Notes under the pieces: generated by a model
What the model was told of the DNA's origin: nothing
Database searches by the model: none
The model's input: only the letters and a program-made list of their open reading frames with translations
DNA from: Candidatus Omnitrophota bacterium
GTDB lineage: Bacteria; Omnitrophota; Gorgyraeia; JAHJTE01
Assembly: GCA_018830005.1 (NCBI GenBank)
Contig: JAHJTE010000001.1
Coordinates: 513,332-577,331 of the forward strand
Direction: 5' to 3'
DNA length: 64,000 bases
In this document: piece after piece, positions 46,837-57,112 of the stretch
Position numbering within the stretch: the first letter of the stretch is position 1
How the letters are laid out: each line of letters begins with the position of its first letter
Position numbers and translations under genes: made by a program

Positions 46837-47895
46837 ATGCTAGGAAATAGAATATTTCGATTGATTTTTGTTGTTATTATTGTGCTTATTTGCGTAGGTA
46901 CAGCCTTAGTCTCATATTTTCTGTTTATCACATCCGGCTCAGCACTTCTTACCAAAATATTGCTTTCCCAGTATGTTGATTCAGAGAATGTCTCAATTGA
47001 AACAATTGAGGGCAATCTTGCCCAAGGTCTTAAGCTCAAAGATATCCAGCTAAAAGGATTTGCAGGACTGCCGGAAGAATCAGTTCTTAAGATTCAGCAG
47101 CTCAATGTTTCATTCCGACCTATTAAATTCGACACTTTAAATCTGGATATAGAGAATGCGAGATTGTATCTGCCTTATTCAGATCCAATAGTATTGTTTG
47201 CCAGCTATAAGAAGGTGGAGCTTGATGTAAACGTGTATTCGCGCAAGGTTGATGCGCAGGAGATTATGGATCTATTTGCCAAGGATAAGGATTTGGATGA
47301 TATATCCGGGGCAATAACTAATATTGATAGTTATGTAAAAGGCTCTTTTACTAGGCCGCAGTTAACAGGGGTATTTGATGTAGAGAAGATTTCCTACCAG
47401 GAGTTGACGTTTTCTGATTGTCCGGGTTCGTTTGCTATCAATTTAACAGGTAAGGGTAAGGATTCCCAGTTACAGGGGGCAGTAGTTTTTAAAAGTGGCC
47501 AGGTTGTAAGTCGGGATCAGGTATTTCGAATAAAGGAGAGCAGGATTATATTTTCCCCTGATTATGAAAAAATCCTTTTTGATTTTAAAGGTTCAACCAA
47601 AGTCAGGGATACAGAGATTGACATAGCCTTTAGTGGCAATTTTTCTGATCCTAGTCTGAAGTTAACATCCAAACCCCCTAAACTTGAAAGTATACTTGCC
47701 TTTATGCTAGTTAAAGGCACTTATCCTCAAGAAGCAGAAGAGCTGGTACTTAGCGAGGTAAGTTTTAAGAAGGCAATGGCTAAAGATTTATTGGATTATT
47801 TCTTATCTGGTAAAAGTATTAGAGATATAATGCAACGTCTAGGTCTAGGCGATATTCCTGCCGTTAGCGAATCAGAGTTAGAAAATAAGCAATGA
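46837..47895 (+). CDS. TM-anchored TamB/AsmA-like (DUF490-type) protein, short form
   Basis: It has an N-terminal TM helix and a beta-rich body. The C-terminal KLTSKPPKLESILAFMLVKGTYPQ resembles the TamB DUF490 terminal motif. Confidence 0.4.
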   Translation: MLGNRIFRLIFVVIIVLICVGTALVSYFLFITSGSALLTKILLSQYVDSENVSIETIEGNLAQGLKLKDIQLKGFAGLPEESVLKIQQLNVSFRPIKFDTLNLDIENARLYLPYSDPIVLFASYKKVELDVNVYSRKVDAQEIMDLFAKDKDLDDISGAITNIDSYVKGSFTRPQLTGVFDVEKISYQELTFSDCPGSFAINLTGKGKDSQLQGAVVFKSGQVVSRDQVFRIKESRIIFSPDYEKILFDFKGSTKVRDTEIDIAFSGNFSDPSLKLTSKPPKLESILAFMLVKGTYPQEAEELVLSEVSFKKAMAKDLLDYFLSGKSIRDIMQRLGLGDIPAVSESELENKQ

Positions 47896-48488
47896 AACTA
47901 AAGAAAGCACTTCTGATAGTAGATGTTCAGAATGACTTCTGCCAAGGTGGCGCTTTAGCTGTACCTGAGGCAGAAGAGATTATGCCGATTGTAAATAAGT
48001 ATATAGGCATTTTTTTGAAATCTAACCTGCCTATCTTTGCATCCAGAGATTGGCATCCAGAAAAAACTAAACATTTTAAAGATTTTGGAGGTTCCTGGCC
48101 CAGGCATTGCATTGCCAATAGTCAGGGTGCAGAATTCAGTCCAAAATTGAAATTGCCAAAACAGGCAATAATCATATCTAAAGGTATGCATCCGGAAAAG
48201 ATAAGTTATTCTGGTTTTCAGGCAGAGGATTCTGAAGGAAGGGATTTGTCTAGCTTATTAAAGATCTTTGGCATAAAAGAGCTCTTCTGCTGTGGCCTTG
48301 CTACTGATTATTGCGTGAAACATTCGGTTCTGGATGCCTTAGGCTATAAATTAAAAGTTAATTTGCTTATAGATGCAATTCGTGGTGTGGATGTTAAAAA
48401 GGGCGATTCACTTAGGGCTATAGATGAGATGACATCGCGTGGTGCAAATAAACTCAACCTTAAAGATATTGTTGGCATGGCCTACTAA
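47892..48488 (+). CDS. pncA: Nicotinamidase/pyrazinamidase (isochorismatase family)
   Basis: It has LLIVDVQNDFCQGGALAV, catalytic Cys in CGLATDYCV, and a metal site DWHP. Confidence 0.8.
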   Translation: MKLKKALLIVDVQNDFCQGGALAVPEAEEIMPIVNKYIGIFLKSNLPIFASRDWHPEKTKHFKDFGGSWPRHCIANSQGAEFSPKLKLPKQAIIISKGMHPEKISYSGFQAEDSEGRDLSSLLKIFGIKELFCCGLATDYCVKHSVLDALGYKLKVNLLIDAIRGVDVKKGDSLRAIDEMTSRGANKLNLKDIVGMAY

Positions 48489-48507
48489 AGGCCTAATTTA
48501 GAGCCTG

Positions 48508-49515
48508 ATGATAAAAGAGGCAATGCTTTATGAAAAACTTCCGAATGATAAGGTTCATTGTCATTTGTGCTCACATCATTGCCGCATATCAACTGGTGAA
48601 TTCGGAATCTGCGGTGTAAGAAAAAATAGAGAGGGAGCGCTTTATACACATGTATATAAAGAGGCGATTGCAGCAAATGTTGATCCAATAGAAAAAAAGC
48701 CTTTATATCATTTTTTGCCTGGGACAAGCTCTTATTCGATTGCCACAGTAGGCTGCAATTTCAAATGTGGCTTTTGTCAGAACTGGCAGATATCTCAAAG
48801 CAATAAAAAAGACAATAATAATGCGGCTGGACACGAGTTAAGTCCGCAAGATATTGTTAAAGAGGCAAAAAGGTTAAATTGCAAAAGCATCTCATATACA
48901 TATACAGAGCCAACTATCTTTTTTGAATACGCTTTCGATACTGCCAAATTAGCTAAAGATAACGGTTTGTATAACAATTTTGTTACAAATGGATACATGA
49001 GTGAATCCGCCCTTTGTAAGATTGTTCCTTTCTTGGATGCGGCAAACGTGGATTTGAAGTCTTTTAATGATGATTTCTATAGAAAGATTTGTCAGGCTAG
49101 GTTAAAGCCGGTCCTGGATTCCATCAGACTTATGAAGAAATTGCGCATCTGGGTTGAGGTTACTACGCTTTTAATACCCAGGCACAATGATTCAGAGGAA
49201 GAGCTTGAGAAAATAGCGGAGTTCATTGCTTCTGTTGGCGTTGAGATTCCTTGGCATATTAGCAGGTTTCGTCCTGATTATCAATTTAGGGATGCTGTTA
49301 GTACTCCAATAGATATATTAAACAAGGCAAAAGCGATAGGAGAGAAGGCGGGATTGCGTTATGTATACCTAGGAAATGTATTTGAAGGCAATGACACTTA
49401 TTGCTATAATTGTAAACGCCTGCTCATTAAAAGGAGTGGTCTGGGAATGGCTTATCTTGAGCTTAGTAATGGGCAATGTCCAGATTGCTCTACTGCCCTA
49501 GAAGGGGTTTTTTGA
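48508..49515 (+). CDS. amrS: AmmeMemoRadiSam-system radical SAM enzyme (AmrS; PFL-activase-like)
   Basis: It has the CNFKCGFCQNWQIS radical-SAM cluster motif, an N-terminal CHLCSHHCRI...GICGVR Cys cluster and a C-terminal CxxC...CPDC. Confidence 0.75.
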   Translation: MIKEAMLYEKLPNDKVHCHLCSHHCRISTGEFGICGVRKNREGALYTHVYKEAIAANVDPIEKKPLYHFLPGTSSYSIATVGCNFKCGFCQNWQISQSNKKDNNNAAGHELSPQDIVKEAKRLNCKSISYTYTEPTIFFEYAFDTAKLAKDNGLYNNFVTNGYMSESALCKIVPFLDAANVDLKSFNDDFYRKICQARLKPVLDSIRLMKKLRIWVEVTTLLIPRHNDSEEELEKIAEFIASVGVEIPWHISRFRPDYQFRDAVSTPIDILNKAKAIGEKAGLRYVYLGNVFEGNDTYCYNCKRLLIKRSGLGMAYLELSNGQCPDCSTALEGVF

Positions 49516-49534
49516 TATCCGAGGTTGCGATAAT

Positions 49535-50179
49535 TTGCTGAAAGGGCAAGGAACAATAAAAAGGATTATAAAGATACTGCGCAAGACTTACCCTAAAGCG
49601 CGCACTACACTCTTTTTTAAGAGCCCTTTGCAGATTTTGATATCTACTATTCTTTCAGCTCAATGCACTGACGAGCGAGTTAACAAGATTACACCAGCGC
49701 TTTTTAAGAAATACCCCAGTGCCGCTTGCTTTGCTAAGGCAAAACAGTCTGTTTTAGAGCGGGAAATTCGCTCGACTGGATTTTATAGGAATAAGGCAGG
49801 AAATATCATTGCCGCAGCAAAGAAAATAGTAACTGAATTTTCAGGCAAGGTCCCGGATAATATGTCAGATTTGGTTAGCCTTTCGGGGGTTGCAAGAAAA
49901 ACTGCCAATATTGTATTATCCAGTGCATTCAAGAAAAGCCAAGGCATTGCCGTAGATACGCACGTAAGGCGCCTATCGCAGAGATTGGGTTTGAGTGATC
50001 AAGAAGATCCTGAAAAAATAGAACAGGATTTAATGAAGATTGTTCCTGAGAAGGACTGGCTTGATTTTAATTATCTGTTTGTAGACCATGGCCGGGCAAT
50101 CTGTCAGGCACGCAGGCCTATGTGTTTGAAGTGCGTAATGAAGGCCCTTTGTCCATCTGCGAAAATTTTCTTAGGTTGA
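49535..50179 (+). CDS. nth: Endonuclease III (HhH-GPD DNA glycosylase with 4Fe-4S cluster)
   Basis: It has LISTILSAQCTDERVN, the HhH motif GVARKTANIVL and CQARRPMCLKCVMKALC. The start is uncertain (track uses TTG 49535). Confidence 0.85.
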   Translation: MLKGQGTIKRIIKILRKTYPKARTTLFFKSPLQILISTILSAQCTDERVNKITPALFKKYPSAACFAKAKQSVLEREIRSTGFYRNKAGNIIAAAKKIVTEFSGKVPDNMSDLVSLSGVARKTANIVLSSAFKKSQGIAVDTHVRRLSQRLGLSDQEDPEKIEQDLMKIVPEKDWLDFNYLFVDHGRAICQARRPMCLKCVMKALCPSAKIFLG

Positions 50180-50192
50180 TTTTTAAAAAAAT

Positions 50193-51902
50193 ATGAAAAC
50201 AGTCAGAATTTCGTTAGCTCAGGTTAACAGTGTTGTGGGAGATATAGCTGGTAATTCTCAGAAAATTATCAGCTATATTAAGGCAGCCAAGACCATACAG
50301 GCAGATATTGTGGTATTTCCTGAATTGGCTCTTTCTGGCTATCCTCCGGAAGATCTACTCCTAAAGCCGCATTTCATTAAAGAAAATAACCTTTATCTTA
50401 AAAGGATACTCAAGGCATCTGAGAAAATCGTCACTATACTCGGCGTTCCTTATGCTTATAAGCATAAGCTCTTTAACGCTGCTGCTATTATTTACAATAA
50501 AAGGCTTCTGGGATTTTGTAAAAAGATACAGCTTCCTAATTATGGTGTTTTTGATGAATTGCGCTATTTTGATTCAGGCGAGGCGGCCTGTATCCTGGCT
50601 TTTAAGACTGGTCTAAGAGTGGGAGTTAATATTTGCGAGGATATCTGGCATGCGCCTGGTCTGGCCCAGACACAGAGCCTTAAAGGCCAAAGCAGCATTA
50701 TTATCAATATATCTTCTTCTCCATATCATGCTAATAAAATACATCTACGCCAGAGATTATTAGCCAAAAGAGCAAAGGAAACACGAAATTTCATTGCCTA
50801 TTGTAATCTAGTCGGCGGTCAAGATGAACTTATTTTTGATGGCGCAAGCATGGTAATTGATCCAGAAGGAAAGGTAGTTGCCCGCGCAAAACAGTTTTGT
50901 GAAGATTTATTAACAGTTGACATAGTTACATCGAAACGAACAAGAAAATTTTATTCCAGAGTCTCAACTTCGCTAAGGCTTGAAAGAATTCGCATAGCGC
51001 ATAAGATAACCAGAAAGAAGATTGATATTTTAAATCGTATAGAGAAAATACATAAACCTTTGGCAGAGATATATGATGCCTTGGCCTTAGGACTTAAGGA
51101 TTACGTAGCTAAAAATGGTTTCAAACGAGTAATCTTAGGCTTAAGCGGTGGCATAGATTCAGCATTGGTGGCAGCAATCTCAACTGATGCAATTGGAAAG
51201 AATAATGTAGTAGCAATTTTGATGCCTTCAATGTTCTCTTCCAAGGAAACTCAAAATGATGCAAAGCGCTTAGCAGCTAATTTAGGGATAAAGTTATGGG
51301 TTATTCCGATTAATAATATTTATAAACAGTATCTTATGACTCTAAGAGAGCCATTTGGAAGTAGAGATGTAGATATCACTGAGGAAAATCTGCAGGCGCG
51401 TATTCGCGGCAATCTCCTGATGGCATTCTCTAATAAATTTGGCTATCTTGTTGTAACCACAGGAAACAAAAGCGAATTAAGCGTTGGTTATTGTACGCTT
51501 TATGGAGATACAGCAGGCGGTTTTGCCCTTATTAAGGATGTACCTAAGACATTAGTTTATAAATTAGCCCGCTTTAAAAATGAAAAAGAGGCTAAGGAGA
51601 TTATCCCCAAGTCACTTTTTAAACGCGCTCCCAGCGCAGAATTAAAAAAGAATCAGAGAGATCAGGACACGCTGCCGCCTTATTCAGTGCTTGACTCAAT
51701 CGTTGATGCCTATGTCCAAAAGGATAAGTCAGTCGCGGCAATGCTAAAGGCAAAGTTAAGCAAGAAGGCGATAAGAGGCGTTGTTGCATTGATCGATAAG
51801 AATGAATATAAGCGTAGGCAATATGCACTAGGTGTTAAGATTACACCTAAGGCCTTTGGTCGCGACCGTCGCATGCCAATAACGAATAAATTCACTCAAT
51901 AA
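50193..51902 (+). CDS. nadE: Glutamine-dependent NAD+ synthetase (nitrilase domain + NAD synthetase domain)
   Basis: The N-terminal CN-hydrolase has ICED. The C-terminal PP-loop has LGLSGGIDSALV. Confidence 0.85.
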   Translation: MKTVRISLAQVNSVVGDIAGNSQKIISYIKAAKTIQADIVVFPELALSGYPPEDLLLKPHFIKENNLYLKRILKASEKIVTILGVPYAYKHKLFNAAAIIYNKRLLGFCKKIQLPNYGVFDELRYFDSGEAACILAFKTGLRVGVNICEDIWHAPGLAQTQSLKGQSSIIINISSSPYHANKIHLRQRLLAKRAKETRNFIAYCNLVGGQDELIFDGASMVIDPEGKVVARAKQFCEDLLTVDIVTSKRTRKFYSRVSTSLRLERIRIAHKITRKKIDILNRIEKIHKPLAEIYDALALGLKDYVAKNGFKRVILGLSGGIDSALVAAISTDAIGKNNVVAILMPSMFSSKETQNDAKRLAANLGIKLWVIPINNIYKQYLMTLREPFGSRDVDITEENLQARIRGNLLMAFSNKFGYLVVTTGNKSELSVGYCTLYGDTAGGFALIKDVPKTLVYKLARFKNEKEAKEIIPKSLFKRAPSAELKKNQRDQDTLPPYSVLDSIVDAYVQKDKSVAAMLKAKLSKKAIRGVVALIDKNEYKRRQYALGVKITPKAFGRDRRMPITNKFTQ

Positions 51903-51919
51903 GACCTTAAGGAGATGAT

Positions 51920-53392
51920 ATGAAGCAGATAAGGTTTGATTTTAACAATATGTTTAGCTTTAATATTAGAAAAGAGCACGCTGTATCGCCTGAGGAATTG
52001 CAGCGAATGGGAAAGGTGCTCAAGAAGGCGCATCTACATTTACGAGATGTTATTAAAAATCCGACGTCCAGAGTAAATCTGGGATTAGAGTGGGTAAGGC
52101 TGCCGTATCAGGACAGAAGGCTTATTAAGACTATTGCTACTTTAGGCTCACATATAGCAACAAGATATGAAAACGTGATATCGATTGGGATTGGCGGTTC
52201 ATATCTAGGACTTAAGGCAGCTCAAGATGCCTTCTGCGGTAGTTACTATAATGAATTCAGTAAGGCAAGGGGAAGACGGCCGAGAATATTCTTTGAAGGC
52301 AATAATCTTGATCCTGACACCTTGGGCGTACTATTAAAAAATTTAAACCCCAAGAAGACATTTGTTATCGTGATTTCAAAGTCAGGTGAGACAATAGAGG
52401 CCAAGGCTGCCTTTGCTGTAGTCGAGCAGTGGCTTAAAGACAATATAGGCGCTAAGTATGGACGCCAGATTTTTGCCATTACAGATCCTGCATCAGGCTC
52501 ATTGCGCAGGAGAATAATCAATGAGCAGGCAAAAGATATATATAGCTTTCGCAATCTGCCTTTATTCAAAGGCGTAGGCGGTAGATATTCAGAGTTTAAT
52601 ATGGGCCTTCTGCATCTGGCGATTATTGGTGTTAATATCTCCGAGGTACTTAGAGGCGCCCGAGAAATGGCAGAGAAGTGCAGCAAAATTTCCGTTTATC
52701 AGAATCCTGCTTATTTGTATGCAGCATTACAGTATATCCTTTATAAAAAGAAGGGAAAGACTATTTCAATTCTAATGCCATTTTCGCAAACGTTAAAATC
52801 TACAGGGGACTGGTATGTTCAGCTACTATCTGAGAGTCTTGGTAAAAAGTATGAAAGAAAGATTAAGGTAATTGCCAATGGCCAGGAGGATTGGAGCGAT
52901 GATCTGGCGCGAATTGCAAATGTCGGCAGGACCCCTATTGTCTGTAGTGGAACCACTGATTTACATTCAGTTGCCCAGAATAATGTAGAAGGAGAGAATA
53001 ACAAGACGATAACTTTTATCCGTGTAGAAAAATTCCGCAATAATGTTAAGGTGCCAAACACAGGAGATTTTATCTCAGCTAAATCCTTCGCTGACTTGTT
53101 GAATTTAGCCCAAGAGGCAACCGAGTGGTCACTAGTCAGAGCCCAGAGACCGAATTGCACGATTAGCCTGCCTGAGGTCTCTGCTTATTACTGGGGTGGG
53201 CTTTTATTTTTCTTTGAGATGGCTGTCGCCTTTGAAGGCGAGTTGCTGAATGTCAACGCCTTTAATCAGCCCGGCGTAGAAGGATACAAAAATTACATGT
53301 ATTACAAATTAGCTAAGCCAGGATTGCCGAAAAGAATCAAGAATGAGATTAAAAGCAAGACCTTAATTAAAAAAGAAAAATTTATAATATGA
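51920..53392 (+). CDS. pgi: Glucose-6-phosphate isomerase (short bacterial/archaeal SIS-type)
   Basis: It has a SIS-domain pattern (SIGIGGSYLGLKAA, VISKSGETIE) and is ~490 aa. Confidence 0.75.
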   Translation: MKQIRFDFNNMFSFNIRKEHAVSPEELQRMGKVLKKAHLHLRDVIKNPTSRVNLGLEWVRLPYQDRRLIKTIATLGSHIATRYENVISIGIGGSYLGLKAAQDAFCGSYYNEFSKARGRRPRIFFEGNNLDPDTLGVLLKNLNPKKTFVIVISKSGETIEAKAAFAVVEQWLKDNIGAKYGRQIFAITDPASGSLRRRIINEQAKDIYSFRNLPLFKGVGGRYSEFNMGLLHLAIIGVNISEVLRGAREMAEKCSKISVYQNPAYLYAALQYILYKKKGKTISILMPFSQTLKSTGDWYVQLLSESLGKKYERKIKVIANGQEDWSDDLARIANVGRTPIVCSGTTDLHSVAQNNVEGENNKTITFIRVEKFRNNVKVPNTGDFISAKSFADLLNLAQEATEWSLVRAQRPNCTISLPEVSAYYWGGLLFFFEMAVAFEGELLNVNAFNQPGVEGYKNYMYYKLAKPGLPKRIKNEIKSKTLIKKEKFII

Positions 53393-53427
53393 ACTAAATT
53401 TTAGGCAATGAGAGGATTTTAGCGATT

Positions 53428-53760
53428 GTGGATAATGAAAGTCAACTAGCAAAGGCCAAAGCAGAAGATCTAGCAGATTATATTTCTTATAGTGATGGTT
53501 CTATTGTTAGTAAGACCTTGTTGGATAAGAAGGCCGGGACTGTTACCCTTTTTGCATTTGATAGCGGTCAGGGTTTAAGCGAACACAGAGCGCCATTTGA
53601 TGCCATGGTTTATATCTTAGATGGATGCGCTAAAATATTTATCGCTGGTAAACCTCAAAACGCAGCTGCGGGTCAGATTATAGTTATGCCTGCCAATATT
53701 CCCCATGCAATAAAAGCTCAAGAAAGATTTAAGATGCTACTTATTATGATACGCTCTTAA
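53428..53760 (+). CDS. Cupin-domain protein
   Basis: It has the two His-containing cupin motifs (G...SEHRAP and PANIPHA). Start codon is GTG. Confidence 0.6.
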   Translation: MDNESQLAKAKAEDLADYISYSDGSIVSKTLLDKKAGTVTLFAFDSGQGLSEHRAPFDAMVYILDGCAKIFIAGKPQNAAAGQIIVMPANIPHAIKAQERFKMLLIMIRS

Positions 53761-53781
53761 TGATTTATTTTTGGATTACTT

Positions 53782-55107
53782 ATGGGAAGATCTAGAAAAC
53801 CTATTTGTGTTGGTATCTTGCGTGAATCTCGAAAGGGAGAAAGGCGCACTCCCTTAGTGCCTCATGATGTGGATTGGTTAAATAAACGTGGTATAAAGGT
53901 AGAGGTTCAATCTTCATCTCAGCGCATATTTAGAGATAGCAGCTATAGTAGGAGCGGTGGAAAATTGGTAGATAGATTCAAAAAGGCAAAACTTATTTTA
54001 GGTATTAAGGAGCCTGACGTTAAAAGCCTACATGCGTCTAAAATCTATATGGTCTTTTCTCATACAATAAAAGGCCAACCTTACAATATGCCATTGTTGA
54101 AGAAATTTATAAGAAGAAATATTACATTGATTGACTATGAGAGAATCGTTGATGCTGAGGATAGGCGCTTTGTGTATTTTGGCCGCTTTGCCGGAATCTG
54201 CGGTCTCGTAGATAGTCTCTATTATTTAGGGGAGAGGTTAAACTCCAAAGGTATAAGACGGCATCCTTTTTCACTCCTTTCTCCTGCCCATCGCTATAAC
54301 TCATTTGATGAAATAAAGCAGGACATTAAGAAAGTGGCACGCTGGATACGCACTAAAGGTTTTACAAGGCATATCTCACCCTTTGTTATCGGCATTACAG
54401 GTCACGGCCGTGTAAGTCAGGGGATTCAGGAGATTCTACAATGTTTGAATCCCACAGAGATTCACCCCCGCGATATGCAAAAATTTATCAGAGAAAAGAA
54501 AGGCATGAGAAACAAGATTTATAAGATTGTTTTATTGCGCGAAGAAAAAATACGCTCTAAAACAGGCAAGGGATTTTATTTTGAGGAATATTTACGTAAG
54601 CCGGGAGAATTCGAGTCAAATCTTGATAAATATTTATCTTCCCTTAATCTTTTTATCCATGCAAGCTATTGGGATAGTCGCTTCCCGCGCATGGTAACCA
54701 AGGAGATGATTCACGCATTATTAAGAAAAGGATCTTTTCGACTCGAGTTTATATGCGATATCTCTTGTGATATTAACGGTTCTGTAGAGCTGACATATAA
54801 AACGACTTCCTCAGCCAGGCCAGTCTTTGTATATAATCCTAAAAAAGATAAGTTCTATGAAGGATTAAAATCAGAAGGTATAGCAATTATGGCCGTTGAT
54901 AATCTTCCTACAGAGCTGCCGCGTGATGCTTCAATAGAATTCAGTAGTCTTATTAGAGATTATGTCTATCAGATCGCTCTGCATGGTGTATTGGATATAA
55001 ATAACCATGTCGCACTACCTGCTGAACTGCGCCGGGCTGTGATTACCCAGGGCAGAAGGCTTACAGCAGAATACAGTTATTTAAAAAAATTTATTAAAGC
55101 AGACTAA
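53782..55107 (+). CDS. Lysine-ketoglutarate reductase (LKR/LOR, AlaDH-PNT-fold) domain homolog
   Basis: It is collinear with the LKR half of eukaryotic AASS (ICVGILRESRKGERRTPLVPHDV, FSHTIKGQPYNMPLL...ITLIDYERIVD, ICDISCDINGSVEL, MAVDNLPTELPRDASIEF). Confidence 0.7.
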   Translation: MGRSRKPICVGILRESRKGERRTPLVPHDVDWLNKRGIKVEVQSSSQRIFRDSSYSRSGGKLVDRFKKAKLILGIKEPDVKSLHASKIYMVFSHTIKGQPYNMPLLKKFIRRNITLIDYERIVDAEDRRFVYFGRFAGICGLVDSLYYLGERLNSKGIRRHPFSLLSPAHRYNSFDEIKQDIKKVARWIRTKGFTRHISPFVIGITGHGRVSQGIQEILQCLNPTEIHPRDMQKFIREKKGMRNKIYKIVLLREEKIRSKTGKGFYFEEYLRKPGEFESNLDKYLSSLNLFIHASYWDSRFPRMVTKEMIHALLRKGSFRLEFICDISCDINGSVELTYKTTSSARPVFVYNPKKDKFYEGLKSEGIAIMAVDNLPTELPRDASIEFSSLIRDYVYQIALHGVLDINNHVALPAELRRAVITQGRRLTAEYSYLKKFIKAD

Positions 55108-56195
55108 TGCTTAAAAAAGAACAAGACATTACAATTTTGGCAATTGGCGATTTGGCGGATTTTGATTCCTTTAGAAAATTAGATAAGGAGAAGCACAACT
55201 TCAGTCTCTATGGTTTTGATTATGTAAGCTGTCACTATAGTCGACTTTTAGAGATGAAGTTACCCAAGATAAAGACAGAAAAAATTATTATATTTTTATT
55301 CTTTCCTTTTGATTACTGGAATAAATTTATCGAATACAAAAATTACCGAGGCATATACGGTAATCGCACCTTTTTTAAGAAATTCGTACACTTTTGGAAA
55401 GATGTTGAGCATGCGATTAAAAAGAGCCTGCCTCGAAAATCAGTGCTTTATATAAATCACCCTTACCTTTGCGGCCTGTATAGGGACAAGGTAGCAGTCA
55501 AAAGCAGGCTTAGCCATGTCAAGATACCTAATCCCAAGGGCCACACAAGCCGTGGGATTGTATATATTGAAAAATTAGTAAATAATGGCAATAATCTTTT
55601 CTTAAAGCCTCGTTATGGTTCAATGGGCAAGGGTATTACATTTTTAAGTATGTATAATTGGCAGACCAATTTCATATTTAAGAATAATAAAATTCATAGC
55701 CGTAGGTCAGACCGCGGCTGGAAATTCAGAGATATAACTGGTAAGAATATATTCTTGAGGAAACTTTTAAAAAAGGACATTATCATCGAGGATGCTATTA
55801 ATCCTCTTGTGCTTAGAAGGAGGATGATTGATTTAAGGACTTATGTATTTTTTGGTAAGGTTATTTATATCTATCCCAGGAAGAATAAGCCGGATAAGAT
55901 AACCACAAATATATCCCAAGGCGCGCGTGGCGATCCTGAACTTCTCAAGCGTCTGCCGCCAGCCCTGTTGAGAAAGGCCAGAGACAAAGCAATAAGGGTT
56001 TGTAAGGCCTTAAATTTAAACTTTGTGGGTATGGATATTATGCCTGACCGCGACCACAAACATATCTACATTATTGATGTAAATCTTTTTGCCGGTTTTC
56101 CCAAAAGAAAGACATTTAATCTTTCCCAGAGTCTGATTAAACATCTTGCGCGTTTAAATAAGCAGGGCACACTTCATTTTCAAAACCATGTCTAG
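55107..56195 (+). CDS. ATP-grasp family ligase (YheC/YheD- or RimK-like)
   Basis: It has ATP-grasp core motifs (FLKPRYGSMGKGITFL, DLRTYVFFGKVIYIYPRK, NFVGMDIM). It shares its start/stop nucleotide region with the LKR-like gene. Confidence 0.55.
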   Translation: MLKKEQDITILAIGDLADFDSFRKLDKEKHNFSLYGFDYVSCHYSRLLEMKLPKIKTEKIIIFLFFPFDYWNKFIEYKNYRGIYGNRTFFKKFVHFWKDVEHAIKKSLPRKSVLYINHPYLCGLYRDKVAVKSRLSHVKIPNPKGHTSRGIVYIEKLVNNGNNLFLKPRYGSMGKGITFLSMYNWQTNFIFKNNKIHSRRSDRGWKFRDITGKNIFLRKLLKKDIIIEDAINPLVLRRRMIDLRTYVFFGKVIYIYPRKNKPDKITTNISQGARGDPELLKRLPPALLRKARDKAIRVCKALNLNFVGMDIMPDRDHKHIYIIDVNLFAGFPKRKTFNLSQSLIKHLARLNKQGTLHFQNHV

Positions 56196-57105
56196 CCTTT
56201 TTAGGTATTCAATTATAAAAATAATTCTTATAAATATTTTCGTTTTTTCTTTCTCTATTAGCGCCTTTGCTGAGCAGGTATTCTTGAAGAATGGCGATAG
56301 GATTAGCGGTGAAATCATTGAAGATGATACAGGGGCGATTAAAATCAACAGCGAGGCAACAGGAGTAATTTCTATTGAAAGAAGTTTTGTCGAGCGCATC
56401 CTCAAAGATGAGAAGGCCAAAGAAACAGACCTTGCTGGAGAAGTTCCTAAGGCCTGGGAAAGAAAGATCTCATTAGGTTTTAATAAGTCAGGCGGAAATA
56501 CACAGCAGAGCCAGTTGGCATTTTCTTTATTTGCTAATCGTAAAAGCGAATTTAATGAATTTACAGTTGGTGCTGAGGCATTTTATTCTTCTTCAGAAAA
56601 TAAAATGGACACTCAGAGATCCAGCGTTTTCATACGTTATGCCTCTAGTTTTGGTGAAGAGCTCAACTGGTATAATTTTTACAAATTTGAAGCTGAGCAT
56701 GATAGATTCGCTGATATAGATTATCGTTTGGTGCCATCAATTGGTTTAGGCTATTGGTTTTCTGATGAAGAGTCTTTCAAGGCGCTGTCTGAATGCGGTT
56801 TAGGCCTTGAGCATACAAAATTTAGGATAGATAATAAAGATAATGATGAGATTATTATAATTCCACGCGTCTTCCTAGAAAAGAAACTTGTGCATGATTC
56901 GAGGATATCACAGGATTTACTTTTATATCCAACATTGGATGAATGGAGCCGGTACAGGTTGCATTCTGAGACCTCCTTTTTAAATCCTATCAGCGACAGT
57001 TTGTCAATCCGCCTTAGTTTTATTGATGACTATAATTCTGACCCTCCCGGCAATACCAAAAAAAATGATTTTCGTTTGATATCCGCTTTAGAATATTCTT
57101 TTTAA
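56188..57105 (+). CDS. DUF481-family outer-membrane beta-barrel protein
   Basis: It has a signal peptide and the hallmark VFLKNGDRISGEI N-terminal motif. It has amphipathic beta strands and a C-terminal aromatic residue. Confidence 0.65.
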   Translation: MSSLFRYSIIKIILINIFVFSFSISAFAEQVFLKNGDRISGEIIEDDTGAIKINSEATGVISIERSFVERILKDEKAKETDLAGEVPKAWERKISLGFNKSGGNTQQSQLAFSLFANRKSEFNEFTVGAEAFYSSSENKMDTQRSSVFIRYASSFGEELNWYNFYKFEAEHDRFADIDYRLVPSIGLGYWFSDEESFKALSECGLGLEHTKFRIDNKDNDEIIIIPRVFLEKKLVHDSRISQDLLLYPTLDEWSRYRLHSETSFLNPISDSLSIRLSFIDDYNSDPPGNTKKNDFRLISALEYSF

Positions 57106-57112
57106 GGTAAAA

